From assembly GCA_964016885.1 (NCBI GenBank), contig OZ024742.1, positions 261,516,001 through 261,580,000 of the forward strand: a stretch of 64,000 nucleotides of DNA. Reading direction: 5' to 3'. This document shows positions 50,186-60,638 of the stretch, piece by piece. Made by a program: the position numbers and the translations under genes. Positions within the stretch are counted from its first letter, which is position 1. Each line of letters opens with the position of its first letter. This DNA is from Eledone cirrhosa (taxonomy: Eukaryota). Below the pieces are notes generated by a model. The model saw only the letters and a program-made list of their open reading frames with translations. It had not been told where the DNA came from and did no database searches.

Positions 50186-50585
50186 CGAGAAATAGCAGCC
50201 AAATTTTCCTTAACCCTTTAGCATTTAAACCGGCCATAATTCTCTCACTTCGTTCTGTTTAAACTGGCTGTAACTGGCTGCTCATGCTAATGTTAAGGTA
50301 TTGTTCTCAAAATAAATAACATCAAAATCTTATAGATTCGATATTATGAGATAATTATGTAAAATAAAGCCTTTACCACAAAAATACAATAGTATATATA
50401 GAGCAATGTAAATGCTAAAGGGTTAAATAACACCCGATTATCTTTAAATCAACAGAAAGGATATACAATGCATCTGGAATGACATTATCCTGCGTCTAAG
50501 ATTAAAGTGGGTTGGTCATGGCTAGTATGTCTTTTGATCATAGGTCGGCACTATTTCGGTTGACTTATGGCTAAACAGCAGCACA
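50186..50585 (+). mobile_element. Interspersed repeat (probable SINE 3' part), interrupted by a MITE
   Basis: Starts GAAATAGCAGCCAAAT and ends ...GACTTATGGCTAAACAGCAGC. Related copies occur at 52211, 52404 and 59686. Confidence 0.6.
50214..50422. mobile_element. piggyBac-type MITE (209 bp)
   Basis: Perfect 14-bp TIRs CCCTTTAGCATTTA (50214-50227) and TAAATGCTAAAGGG (50409-50422), with TTAA on both sides (50210-50213, 50423-50426). Confidence 0.85.
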
Positions 50586-50630
50586 GCAATACTAACAAGC
50601 GCATTTTCCTAACATGATCTACAGTAACAA

Positions 50631-50631
<1 letters not shown>

Positions 50632-50671
<40 letters not shown>

Positions 50672-50750
50672 TTGCTTCTACTACTACTACTACTACTACT
50701 GCTGCTGCTGCTACTACTACTACTACCACCACCACCACCACTACTACTAT

Positions 50751-50788
<38 letters not shown>

Positions 50789-50794
50789 TTGCTT

Positions 50795-50849
<55 letters not shown>

Positions 50850-50878
50850 CACCACTACTACTGTTACTACTACTACTT

Positions 50879-50909
<31 letters not shown>

Positions 50910-51400
50910 TACTACTACTACTACTATTGCTTCTACTACTACTACTACTGCTAGTACTACTACTACTACTACTACTACTACTGCTAGTACTACTACTACT
51001 ACTACTACTGCTAGTACTACTACTACTACTACTACTGCTAGTACTACTACTACTACTACTACTGCTAGTACTACTACTACTACTACTACTGCTAGTACTA
51101 CTACTACTACTACTACTGCTAGTACTACTACTACTACTACTACTACTACTGCTAGTACTACTACTACTACTACTACTGCTAGTACTACTACTACTACTAC
51201 TACTGCTAGTACTACTACTACTACTACTACTGCTAGTACTACTACTACTACTACTACTGCTAGTACTACTACTACTACTACTACTACTGCTAGTACTACT
51301 ACTACTACTACTACTACTACTATTGCTTCTACTACTACTACTACTACTACTATTGCTTCTACTACTACTACTACTACTATTGCTTCTTCTACTACTACTT

Positions 51401-51437
<37 letters not shown>

Positions 51438-51607
51438 TACTACTACTACTGCTTCTACTACTACTACTACTACTACTTCTACTACTACTACTACTACTAT
51501 TGCTTCTACTACTACTACTACTACTACTATTGCTTCTTCTACTACTACTTCTACTACTACTACTACTGCTTCTACTACTACTACTACTGCTTCTACTACT
51601 ACTGCTG

Positions 51608-51641
<34 letters not shown>

Positions 51642-51712
51642 CACCACTACTACTGTTACTACTACTACTACTACTGCTAGTACTACTACTACTACTACTA
51701 CTACTATTGCTT

Positions 51713-51745
<33 letters not shown>

Positions 51746-51751
51746 TTGCTT

Positions 51752-51800
<49 letters not shown>

Positions 51801-51844
51801 CACCACCACTACTACTGTTACTACTACTACTACTACTATTGCTT

Positions 51845-51896
<52 letters not shown>

Positions 51897-52172
51897 CACC
51901 ACCACTACTACTGTTTCTACTACTACTACTATTATTACTACTACTACTACTATTATTACTGATGATGATGATCATGATCATCATGATGATGATCATGATC
52001 ATGCTGCTGCTGCTGCTGCTGCTGCAACTTCTACTGCAGCTTCTGCTCCCACTACTACTACTAATACTACTATTACGATAACATCTACCATTACTACAAT
52101 AACAACAACCACTACAACAATAACAACAACTACTTCAATAACAACAAAAATCACTACTACTGCTACTACTAC
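50632..52172. repeat. Long (ACT)n-based compound trinucleotide microsatellite, followed by (GAT)n, (GCT)n and degenerate ACT/ACA
   Basis: About 1.3 kb of ACT repeats interrupted by ACC, GCTAGT and ATTGCTTCT. The poly-T/S/L/V ORFs here come from the repeat. Confidence 0.97.
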
Positions 52173-52210
52173 AACCCAACGAGGAAGTTCTTGCGTGGTA
52201 GCTCGGCATA

Positions 52211-52370
52211 CTAGAAATAGCAGCGAAATCTCTCTCAAATCACTCAATACTATCTTCAAAATTGGAAAAACTTCATCAGTTTAGACAGATATACAAAAAA
52301 GGCTGGAACGTTTTAATCATACACCTGCTCGATCAGAGCTGACCTATGGTTAAACAACAACAACAAAAAC
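52211..52370 (+). mobile_element. Interspersed repeat (probable SINE 3' part) with (CAA)n tail
   Basis: CTAGAAATAGCAGCGAAATCTCTCTCAAATCAC...CTGCTCGATCAGAGCTGACCTATGGTTAAACAACAACAAC, homologous to the copy at 50186-50585. Confidence 0.6.
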
Positions 52371-52403
52371 AATAGGTGGAATCTTGACGAGGTCACTTTG
52401 CGT

Positions 52404-52540
52404 GCTAGAAACAGCAGTCACATTATCCGTACTCACACACACCCTACTGTCTTAAAATAAAAATGCTGATACATTGGACATTCTAGCTTTTAATAAAGAA
52501 AAATTAAAAGGATGATATTGGCTGGAATTACAGGTATGTT
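52404..52540 (+). mobile_element. Degenerate copy of the same GCTAGAAATAGCAG family
   Basis: GCTAGAAACAGCAGTCAC...CACACCCTACTGTCTTAAAA...GGCTGGAAT. Confidence 0.5.
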
Positions 52541-52542
52541 TG

Positions 52543-52802
52543 ACTTCCGTCGGTATCGACGGAAGTGTTCCAGATGATTCGATCAACGGAACAGCCTGAT
52601 CGAGCAACCGACTGAGCCTTTCATAAACACGTGTACCCTTAACGTAGTTGGTAGAGTGATTCAGTGCGATACAGTGTTAGTGCTGAGTTAAATGTAGCAA
52701 CGTGTAAAAAAAAAAAAGTGCCTTGCTCAAGGACACAATGACCCCGCCAAGAATCGAAACCTTGACCTTACGGTCGTGAATATATCCAGACTAATAAGCC
52801 AC
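52543..52802 (-). mobile_element. tRNA-derived SINE
   Basis: Minus strand reads GTGGCTTA (A-box-like)...GGTTTCGATTC (B-box-like)...TTGTGTCCTTGAGCAAGGCAC. The body is homologous to 57735-57979 (shared + strand blocks CCCTTAACG, GATTCA, CTTG-TCAAGGACACAA). Confidence 0.7.
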
Positions 52803-52905
52803 ATATATTCACTACGACAACAGCACCTGCTACTACATCAAACAATAACAATAAATAGAAGCAATTTACTTACATACACACATGAATATATATATATATA
52901 TATAT

Positions 52906-53182
52906 ATAATATAAGATCAAAAGATGGTTAAAGGAGTTCCATGTATTTTATTATGCGCATTTCAAAAACAAACATCATCATGCAATAATATTTGTGTTTT
53001 CATCAGATTATTATTATTGCATGATGCTGTTTGTTTTTGAAATGCGCATAATAAAATACATGGAACTCCTTTAACCATCTTTTGATCTTATATTATGTAT
53101 ACTCCAGTCCTACAAACTGTAGAGTGCTTCTTATCCGATATCTGCATTGCTTTATTGTACTACAATAAAACTCACCTCCTAC

Positions 53183-53183
<1 letters not shown>
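52906..53183. mobile_element. Foldback element in (TA)n, probably Penelope-like element terminus with an inverted partial copy
   Basis: 85-bp inverted arms 52906-52990 and 53012-53096 (1 mismatch) with a 21-bp spacer. The + copy extends to ~53183. (TA)n lies on both sides, and the element contains a hammerhead core. Confidence 0.7.
52945..53008 (-). ncRNA. Hammerhead ribozyme core, stem I disrupted at the inversion junction
   Basis: Minus strand: CTGATGA (53006-53000), stem II AAACACAAATAT...ATGTTTGTTTTT, GAAA (52963-52960), palindromic TGCGCA, then TA cleavage site. Only ~2 bp of stem I remain. Confidence 0.55.
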
Positions 53184-53220
<37 letters not shown>

Positions 53221-53599
53221 TATATATACATACGCTTATATAGATACCCGTTAAAAATGGGCTCATATATTTTTTATTTAATAATTCCTTGATTACAATG
53301 TTCTGTATAAAGGTGCTTGAATCCTTGATTTATCATTGACCTTCTTGTTGTCACTCCGGTCATTTCCGTATGCAAAGGGAGTGCTGGTGCCTAATGAGGC
53401 GGTGGTAGGGGGGGGGAGATGATATAATAGTGTATTTAATATCAAATGATACATATCATATATAGATATAGTAAAATAAAAAATATATAATAGTAGATAT
53501 TATGTTATTTATATATAAATTAACGATTTTATTTATATATTATTTGTAATTTGGGTGTAGGCAGGTCTCTCTGGAAATAGGGATGGGGGAGCTGAGAGT

Positions 53600-53650
53600 A
53601 TTACGTGGCCGTGAGGGGACGGTGGCCCAAAAAGTTTGAGAACCTTTGAT
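53600..53650. mobile_element. Possible hAT/Charlie-like terminal sequence
   Basis: AAAAAGTTTGAGAACCTTTG resembles the reverse complement of CAGGGGTTCTCAAACTTTTT-type termini. No partner TIR was found. Confidence 0.3.
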
Positions 53651-53774
53651 TTAAGTCAATTACAATAATTCACTGCCATATTTTCTTTAATCATTATCAA
53701 AGATATATCCCCTAGATTACGATGAATTTGTTCTATCTATATATCTATCTATCTAGCTAGCTAGCTAGCTATCT

Positions 53775-55433
53775 AGGGTCGACCATCGATACTTGGAAGC
53801 GGTTCTCAAGGCGGCCGGTTTCGGTCCCGTGTTCAGAGGATGGATCGAGGCGATGCACACCAGCATCTGCTCGAGGGTCAAGGGGAACGGCTACCTATCG
53901 GAGCCGTTCGCAATCACGCGTTCCATTCGACAGGGATGCCCTCTCTCCTCCATTCTGTATGTATTGACTCTAGAGCCACTACTGCGGAAATTGGAGCTGT
54001 TGCAGGGCATTCCCCTAGAACCGGGACTGCGCAAAGTGGCGTCGGCTTATGCCGACGACGTGACGGTAATGGTGTCGAGCACCTCGGAAATCGGGGTGAT
54101 CGGCAACTTACTGAAAGAATACGAAACGCTGACGGGAGCAAAACTAAACCCAGACAAGTCTGTCGGTTTGCAACTCGGTACGTGGAGAGGCAAACCGATG
54201 ACATCCGACAGCGTCGTTGGACGCTGGACGGACGGACCGGTGAAATTGCTCGGGGTCTGGTTCGGTCCAGACCTCCAGGTGGAGAAAAACTGGAACGAGG
54301 TCACGGCCAAGGTGTTTGCACTCACTCAGAAGTGGGCAGAGTGCAAACTGTCCTTGAAAGGTCGAGCGGAGGTGGCGAACACTTTCATAGCGTCCGTCAT
54401 CTACTACCGCTTGACTGTCGTGCCTTGTCCCCGTGAACACCTCGCCAAGATGGAACGCATGCTCTTCCAGTTTCTGTGGAAGAAGCAGGCTCCGCTGGTG
54501 AGGAGATCCGTCTGCTGTCAGCACCCTTCCAACGGAGGACTGGGAATGCCATGGCTGATGATGCGCAAACATGCGCTGAGGCTGCGGCATCTCCAGGTAT
54601 TCCTCACCGACCCCCAACCGGTGTGGGCACCGTTTGTGAGACAGGCTTTCCCACAGCTCGTCTCGCTAACGGAGCTGCAGTCCTGGGTGAAGAAAAGACC
54701 GAAAACGATGGGCGCCTGGCACATTGAATGCGCTCAGTCGCTCACAGTCCTCTGGCAAGCGGGCGCAGCAATCAGTGGAGACTCCACTTCGACATTCTAT
54801 AGAGGGATTGTACGTTACAAGGGCGACGACGTGCTCGGAGAGACTCTGGGCGTCGAAGACGATGAGCTCACCAGTCTGGTTGGTAGGACTTTCCGCCCGG
54901 GACCTATGGACAACTTCCAGAGGTCCCTGACCTGGCAGTGCTACCGAGGAGCTCTACCGGTTCGTGACAAGATCTACAGGCACGGACGCCCTGGCAGGGA
55001 TCCTTCCAAGAGGACGTGTCCAAGATGTGCGCAGGACATTGAAACAGTTCTGCACGCAATTGTACACTGCCCGGGCGTAAGCGACCTGTGGAACTATGCA
55101 GAACAACTGCTGTCGCGTATGGGACAAATCCAGTTGACTGCCGAGTCCATAGTAAGGATCAAACCGCCAGCCTCTTTCAAAAACGAAAGAGAGGCGGTTT
55201 TCCTCTGTACGGTGGCTATGGTGAAAGAAGTTATATGGTGGACGAGGTTGAGAGCACTGAGGACAGATGCCTTTCTCTCCGGACAACAATTGATTCCCTT
55301 CTTTAAGTATCACTTTAGAAGGAGAATCAGGGTGGAGAGAGAGGCACTGCACCCCAGTAAATTTACTGAAAGGTGGGTGAATGAAGCGAAAATGTCCCGA
55401 GTGATTGGGCTTTCTCTGTTTATAAGCCTGTAG
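53775..55433 (+). CDS. Partial ORF2: C-terminal reverse transcriptase domains plus zf-RVT-type CCHC domain
   Basis: Motifs IRQGCPLS, YADD, LNPDKS, VKLLGV, LSLKGR, GGLG and CPRC-x4-ETVLHAIVHC. The frame is open from the truncation point (53775) to the stop. The listed TTG start is not a real start. Confidence 0.9.
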   Translation, partial: RVDHRYLEAVLKAAGFGPVFRGWIEAMHTSICSRVKGNGYLSEPFAITRSIRQGCPLSSILYVLTLEPLLRKLELLQGIPLEPGLRKVASAYADDVTVMVSSTSEIGVIGNLLKEYETLTGAKLNPDKSVGLQLGTWRGKPMTSDSVVGRWTDGPVKLLGVWFGPDLQVEKNWNEVTAKVFALTQKWAECKLSLKGRAEVANTFIASVIYYRLTVVPCPREHLAKMERMLFQFLWKKQAPLVRRSVCCQHPSNGGLGMPWLMMRKHALRLRHLQVFLTDPQPVWAPFVRQAFPQLVSLTELQSWVKKRPKTMGAWHIECAQSLTVLWQAGAAISGDSTSTFYRGIVRYKGDDVLGETLGVEDDELTSLVGRTFRPGPMDNFQRSLTWQCYRGALPVRDKIYRHGRPGRDPSKRTCPRCAQDIETVLHAIVHCPGVSDLWNYAEQLLSRMGQIQLTAESIVRIKPPASFKNEREAVFLCTVAMVKEVIWWTRLRALRTDAFLSGQQLIPFFKYHFRRRIRVEREALHPSKFTERWVNEAKMSRVIGLSLFISL

Positions 55434-55668
55434 GTTGAGGAAGAGAGCAAAAGGAAGAAAGGAGCACTTGCACAACACGCTCCTGGAGTTGAGGGTTGTT
55501 CTATCGACGGGGTATTAAACAACCCATTTGTGGCGCCTCGCCCCTATTGGGGATTTCGATTGTTGAAATTGTTTGTTTTTATATTTTTTACACGACTGTA
55601 TGTAAAATCCCCGACATGTCTTTGTATTGTCCCCTTTTCTTGTTGCGCCCTTGTGGCTAATAAAGAAA
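53775..55668 (+). mobile_element. 5'-truncated L1-group (Tx1-like) non-LTR retrotransposon
   Basis: GC-rich island. Starts mid-RT (RVDHRYL), has a 3' UTR with AATAAA at 55659-55664, and is flanked by (TCTA)n-type repeats on both sides. Confidence 0.92.
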
Positions 55669-55796
55669 TCTATCTATATCTATCTTCGGGCTCCCATTTG
55701 GATTGCTGGTCTGTTCTTCTTCTTCTACTTGTCCGAAGATAGATACATTGGTAAATATAGATATATAGATAGAAAGGGATATAGCCATTGATTAAT

Positions 55797-56297
<501 letters not shown>

Positions 56298-56416
56298 AAT
56301 ATTGATGCAATTCAATTCAAGCACTCAACGTACTTTTTCCACATAGGAGTGACGGAGTAAATATCGAATAAGGAAAAGCGAAGTAGTTTCAGATGTTCAA
56401 GTCCTTTAATAATAAT

Positions 56417-56490
56417 GCTGTGATATATATTTCAATGACGACACTGGCCACAGTGTTCTGTGTGCGAGTGTCGTGTCATCATCAGACAGC
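56417..56490 (-). ncRNA. Type I hammerhead ribozyme (inverted copy)
   Basis: Reverse-complement copy of 56637-56710. Its apical stem II pairs CACAG/CTGTG. Confidence 0.7.
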
Positions 56491-56636
56491 TTGTTACATA
56501 ATAAGGTTATGTTTCCGAGGCAATCCAAATTGAATCGACATGGGAACGGATGAAGTTCGTGCTTTTGGGTTTTTCATCCGTTCCCATGTCGATTCAATTT
56601 GGATTGCCTCGGAAACATAACCTTATTATGTAACAA

Positions 56637-56710
56637 GCTGTCTGATGATGACACGACACTCGCACACAGAACAGTGTGGTCAGTGTCGTCATTGAAATAT
56701 ATATCACAGC
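56637..56710 (+). ncRNA. Type I hammerhead ribozyme
   Basis: GCTGT (stem I), CTGATGA (56642-56648), stem II TGACACGACACT...AGTGTCGTCA, TT, GAAA (56694-56697), TATATA, TC (56704-56705), ACAGC (stem I'). All core residues are present; the base of stem II is non-canonical. Confidence 0.72.
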
Positions 56711-56760
56711 ATTATTACTAAAGGACTTGAACATCAGAAACTACTTCGCTTTTCCTTATT

Positions 56761-56926
<166 letters not shown>

Positions 56927-57558
56927 ATTGCAATTTTCCTTTTGTGTTTTTCCTGATGAAGGGCAAATACCCGATAATTTGACGATGTAATTCATTCTTC
57001 TTCCTCCAAGTCTCCAAGCGTGAAACTAGTGTACTTCATTTTATTGCATCCTCTTGTTTATTCGTGTCTTGTTTCCTTGATTTATATATATATAAATTCA
57101 AAATAGGAGGCGCACAGAACAAAGACAATGGAAAAAACAATGGAAAGACGGACAGTCCCATCTCCTCAGTCAACCTCTGGAATTCACTAAGGTTCGGAAA
57201 TTTAAGGTCGATATCATTCATTCCAGTGCACACTGGGACATAAGAAAACAGGCAGAGACAAGTCATGGCTTTAGGCAAATTACACAAATCTAGAGTGCAC
57301 AAGGTCTTAGCCAAAGGAGAAAAAATATAGGAAGGAGAGAAATTGTAGAACTGTAGAGAAAAATAAAAACTGTAGTCCAACTTGCAGACAAAGAAAGATA
57401 CTGTAGGTACGTGTATTTGTATATCTAACGATATACAGTATGTTTATGATTAAATATTTGAAAGCCTTTTTGCTATGAATGTTGGAAGCTGATGGCTAGC
57501 GCCAACAGGTGAATTCCAAATAACGTACACTTTCTATACATACATACATACATACATT

Positions 57559-57715
57559 CCGTATTTCCCGGCGTCGAAGACGCTACTTTTTTCCTAAAAT
57601 AAGTCTAAAATAATCTACCATGCGTCCTGGAGGCCGAAGGTTGTTTATTATTTTTTTTTTTTTTTTTTTGGTTGTTAAAATTAGGACGAAGCGTCTTCGG
57701 CGCCAGGAAATAGGG
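57559..57715. mobile_element. Tc1/mariner-superfamily (Tc2/pogo-like) MITE, 157 bp
   Basis: 25-bp TIRs CCGTATTTCCCGGCGTCGAAGACGC and GCGTCTTCGGCGCCAGGAAATAGGG (22/25 match). TA on the right side, TT on the left; inserted in (TACA)n. Confidence 0.8.
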
Positions 57716-57734
57716 TACATACATAGCCACACAC

Positions 57735-57979
57735 AGCTCGTGAAATAAACGTGCTACTGGTTGAATATTCCACAGACATATGTCCCCTTAACGAAATTCT
57801 GAGCGAGATTCACCATGACACGGTAAAACACAACAGGTAAAACTCATTTTTCTGCAGCTGACTGAAGCTACGTGAAATACAATATCTTGTTCAAGGACAC
57901 AACGCACAACCGGGAATTGAACTCACAACCATACGATTGTGAACTTGAACACCCTAACCTCTAATGCACGTGTCTTCCC
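57735..57979 (-). mobile_element. tRNA-derived SINE, same family as 52543-52802
   Basis: Minus strand reads GTGCATTAGAGG (A-box-like)...GAGTTCAATTCC (B-box)...TTGTGTCCTTGAACAAGA. Confidence 0.75.
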
Positions 57980-58048
57980 TACAACTGCAACAACTGTTAC
58001 TACAACCAACTATAAAATTGACAGAACCTATATACATGCACATGTGAA

Positions 58049-58051
58049 TGT

Positions 58052-58148
<97 letters not shown>

Positions 58149-59331
58149 ACGAAAGATAGTGTGTGTGTGTGTATACGTGAATGTGTGAGAGAGAGAGAGT
58201 GTGTGTGTGTGGTGTGGTGTGTGTGAGTGTATGTGTGTGCGTGTGTAGTGTGTGTGTGTGAGAGAGCGAGTAGAGTGTGGGTGTGTGGGGTGTGGTGGTG
58301 TGTAGTGTGAGTGTGTGTGCGTGTGTGTATGTGTGTGTGAGAGAGAGAGTGAGTGAGTCGGTGTGTTGTGGGAAGAGTGTGTTGTTGTGTGTGAGAGAAG
58401 AGAGTGGGTGTGTTGTAGTGTGTGTGTGTGTGTGTGTGAGGAGAGTGTGTGCGTAGATGAGGGGTGGTTGTGTGTGGTGTGTGTGTGTGTGATGTGTGTG
58501 AGTGCTGTTGTTGTGGTGTGTGAGATGTGAGGCGAAGTGTGTGTGTGGTATGTGTGATGTTTGTGAAGAGAGAGTGTGGTGTGTGTGTGGTGGTGATGTG
58601 TGTGTGGTGTGTGCGTGTGTGTGTGTGTGTGTGAGAGAGAGAGGCAAAGATAGGTGTGTGTGTTGTATGTGTGAGAGAGAGTGGTGTGGTGTGTGGTGTG
58701 GTGTGTGGTGTGGTGTGGGTGTGTGTGTGCGCGTTGTGGTTGTGTGGTGTGTGTGAGAAGTGCGCTGAGATAGTGGAGGTCGGTGTGTGTGAGAGAGAGT
58801 GTTGTGTGAGTGTGAATGTGTGAGGTGAGTGTGTGTGTAGTTGTGGTAGTGTGTGTGGCGTGTGGTGTATGTGTGCGTGTATGTGTAAGGTGTGCGTGTG
58901 GTATGATGTGTTATGTGTGTGTGAGAGAGAGAGCGAAAGATAGTGTGTGTGTATGTGTGAGGGAGAGTGTGTGTGTGGTGTGTGTATGGTGTGTACGTGT
59001 ATGTGTGTGTGTGTGAGAGAGAGAGCGAAAAATAGTGTTTGTGTGTATATCTGTGTACGTGTGAGAGAGAGAGTGCGTGTGGTCTGTGTGTGTGTGGTGT
59101 GTGTGGTATGTGTGTGTGGTGTGTGTGGTGTGTGTTTGCGTGCGCGTGTGTGTGCGTGTGCGCATGTGTGTATGTGTGTGCCCGTATGGGTGTATGTGTG
59201 TGTATGTGTGTGCCCGTATGTGTGTGTATGTGTGTGTATATATGTGTATGTGTGTGTATGTGTGTGTGCACATATTGCACATGTTTACATTTAGAACGAA
59301 CTTCCTACGCAGCAAACATTCAGATATTTAA

Positions 59332-59376
<45 letters not shown>

Positions 59377-59521
59377 ATGCACAGATTACATATGCACGCG
59401 CACACATGCACCCTTTATACACGCACAAACACACACACAACTACTACGTTCGGAGCCCCCTCCACACATATACACATATACACACGCATACATGCATACA
59501 ACTACATTTAGGAAGACTTCC

Positions 59522-59578
<57 letters not shown>

Positions 59579-59604
59579 CACACGCACACATACACACACA
59601 CACA
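58049..59604. repeat. Degenerate (TG)n/(GA)n compound repeat, followed by (CA)n tracts
   Basis: A recurring GAGAGAGCGAAAGATAGTGTGTG-like motif at ~58145, 58640, 58925 and 59017. The repeat switches to (CA)n after ~59336. Confidence 0.9.
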
Positions 59605-59685
59605 ATAACACAGTCATAGACACTCCCGTACTTTCAACAGGCGCTCTCACACGACCTAAGCATAGATGCAAACTACGCTCGACCT

Positions 59686-59765
59686 GCTAGAAATAGCAGC
59701 CAAATGCCCCTCAAATCACCTCCAATCGCCTTATTTAAGAAAGGTATCTAATTGATAATGCAACT
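59686..59765 (+). mobile_element. Fragment of the GCTAGAAATAGCAGCCAAAT family
   Basis: GCTAGAAATAGCAGCCAAATGCCCCTCAAATCAC. Confidence 0.55.
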
Positions 59766-59773
59766 TTTTGTAT

Positions 59774-59876
59774 GTTCCTCTGGTTATATCTCTTTTTTAT
59801 TAATTTCTCACCAAAAGAGAGAAAGGCTTTCTACCAGAGGGACAAGACTTTCAATGGAATTTAGATATCAACAGGT
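59774..59876 (-). mobile_element. Diverged 3'-terminal fragment related to the R4/Dong-like element at 61452-61924
   Basis: Colinear blocks shared with 61452-61555: TCTGGTT, ACCAA-AGAGAGA, TTTCTA, GACAAGACT, TGGAATTT, ATCAAC. Confidence 0.55.
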
Positions 59877-60275
59877 AATTATGTCGTCTGTCTGTGACTT
59901 TCTGCATGTATGTATGTATGTATGTATGTATGTATGTATGTATGTATGTATGTATGTATGTATGTACGTATGTATGTATGTATGTATGTATGTATGTATG
60001 TATGTACGTACGTATGTATGTATGTATGTATGTATGTATGTATGTATGTATGTACGTATGTATGTATGTATGTATGTATGTACGTACGTACGTATGTATG
60101 TATGTATGTATATATGTGTATGTACGTATGTATGTATGTATGTATGTATGTATGTATGTATGTACGTATGTATGTATGTATGTATGTATGTAGGTATGTA
60201 TGTATGTATGTATGTATGTATGTATGTACGTATGTATGTATGTATGTATGTACGTATGTATGTATGTATGTATGT

Positions 60276-60638
60276 AGGAAAACTCTGATATAACACCTGC
60301 AACCCTGATGGTATCCAATGATGTTGACTTGTTCTTCTTTTTGGTAAATATCATCTTGGTTAAGAGAGTGGGACTGGCTTTGTGCAGTGCCTTTGCTCAC
60401 TATAAAAGCTTCACGGCACAGGCATTGCTTTATATCTGGAGATCTCTCTGCACTTGTCGTCACATGGTACCATGGGCCCAGCACTATGTGTCAATAATTG
60501 TCATAAGTGTAGTGTTTGTACCAGAGTTTTCAAGTCGCTGGCTGGACTAAAAAGTCACACTCGTTCAGCGCATCGGTAGGGGTTCTCCTACATGGATATA
60601 AAGTAGTGGCCGTACTCGAAAACGAGTTGGCAGCCACC
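60276..60638 (+). mobile_element. 5'-truncated copy of a bipartite RTE-derived non-autonomous element
   Basis: 363 bp with 8 mismatches versus 62846-63208. Ends with HKCSVCTRVFKSLAGLKSHTRSAHR*, then GGCCGTACTCGAAAACGAGTTGGCAGCCACC and (ATGT)n. Confidence 0.75.

Noticed and set aside
50551-52284. Poly-Thr, poly-Ser, poly-Leu and poly-Val ORFs
   Set aside because: Translations of the (ACT)n microsatellite.
53840-55742. Short ORFs overlapping the LINE in other frames and strands
   Set aside because: Shadow ORFs of the GC-rich RT coding sequence and its UTR.
57036-57380. 114-aa minus-strand ORF
   Set aside because: No recognisable motif. Only a vague resemblance to a GIY-YIG C-terminus, which cannot be supported.
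57900-57979. tRNA gene
   Set aside because: A/B-box-like motifs are present, but there is no convincing cloverleaf and the sequence continues into a SINE body shared with 52543-52802.
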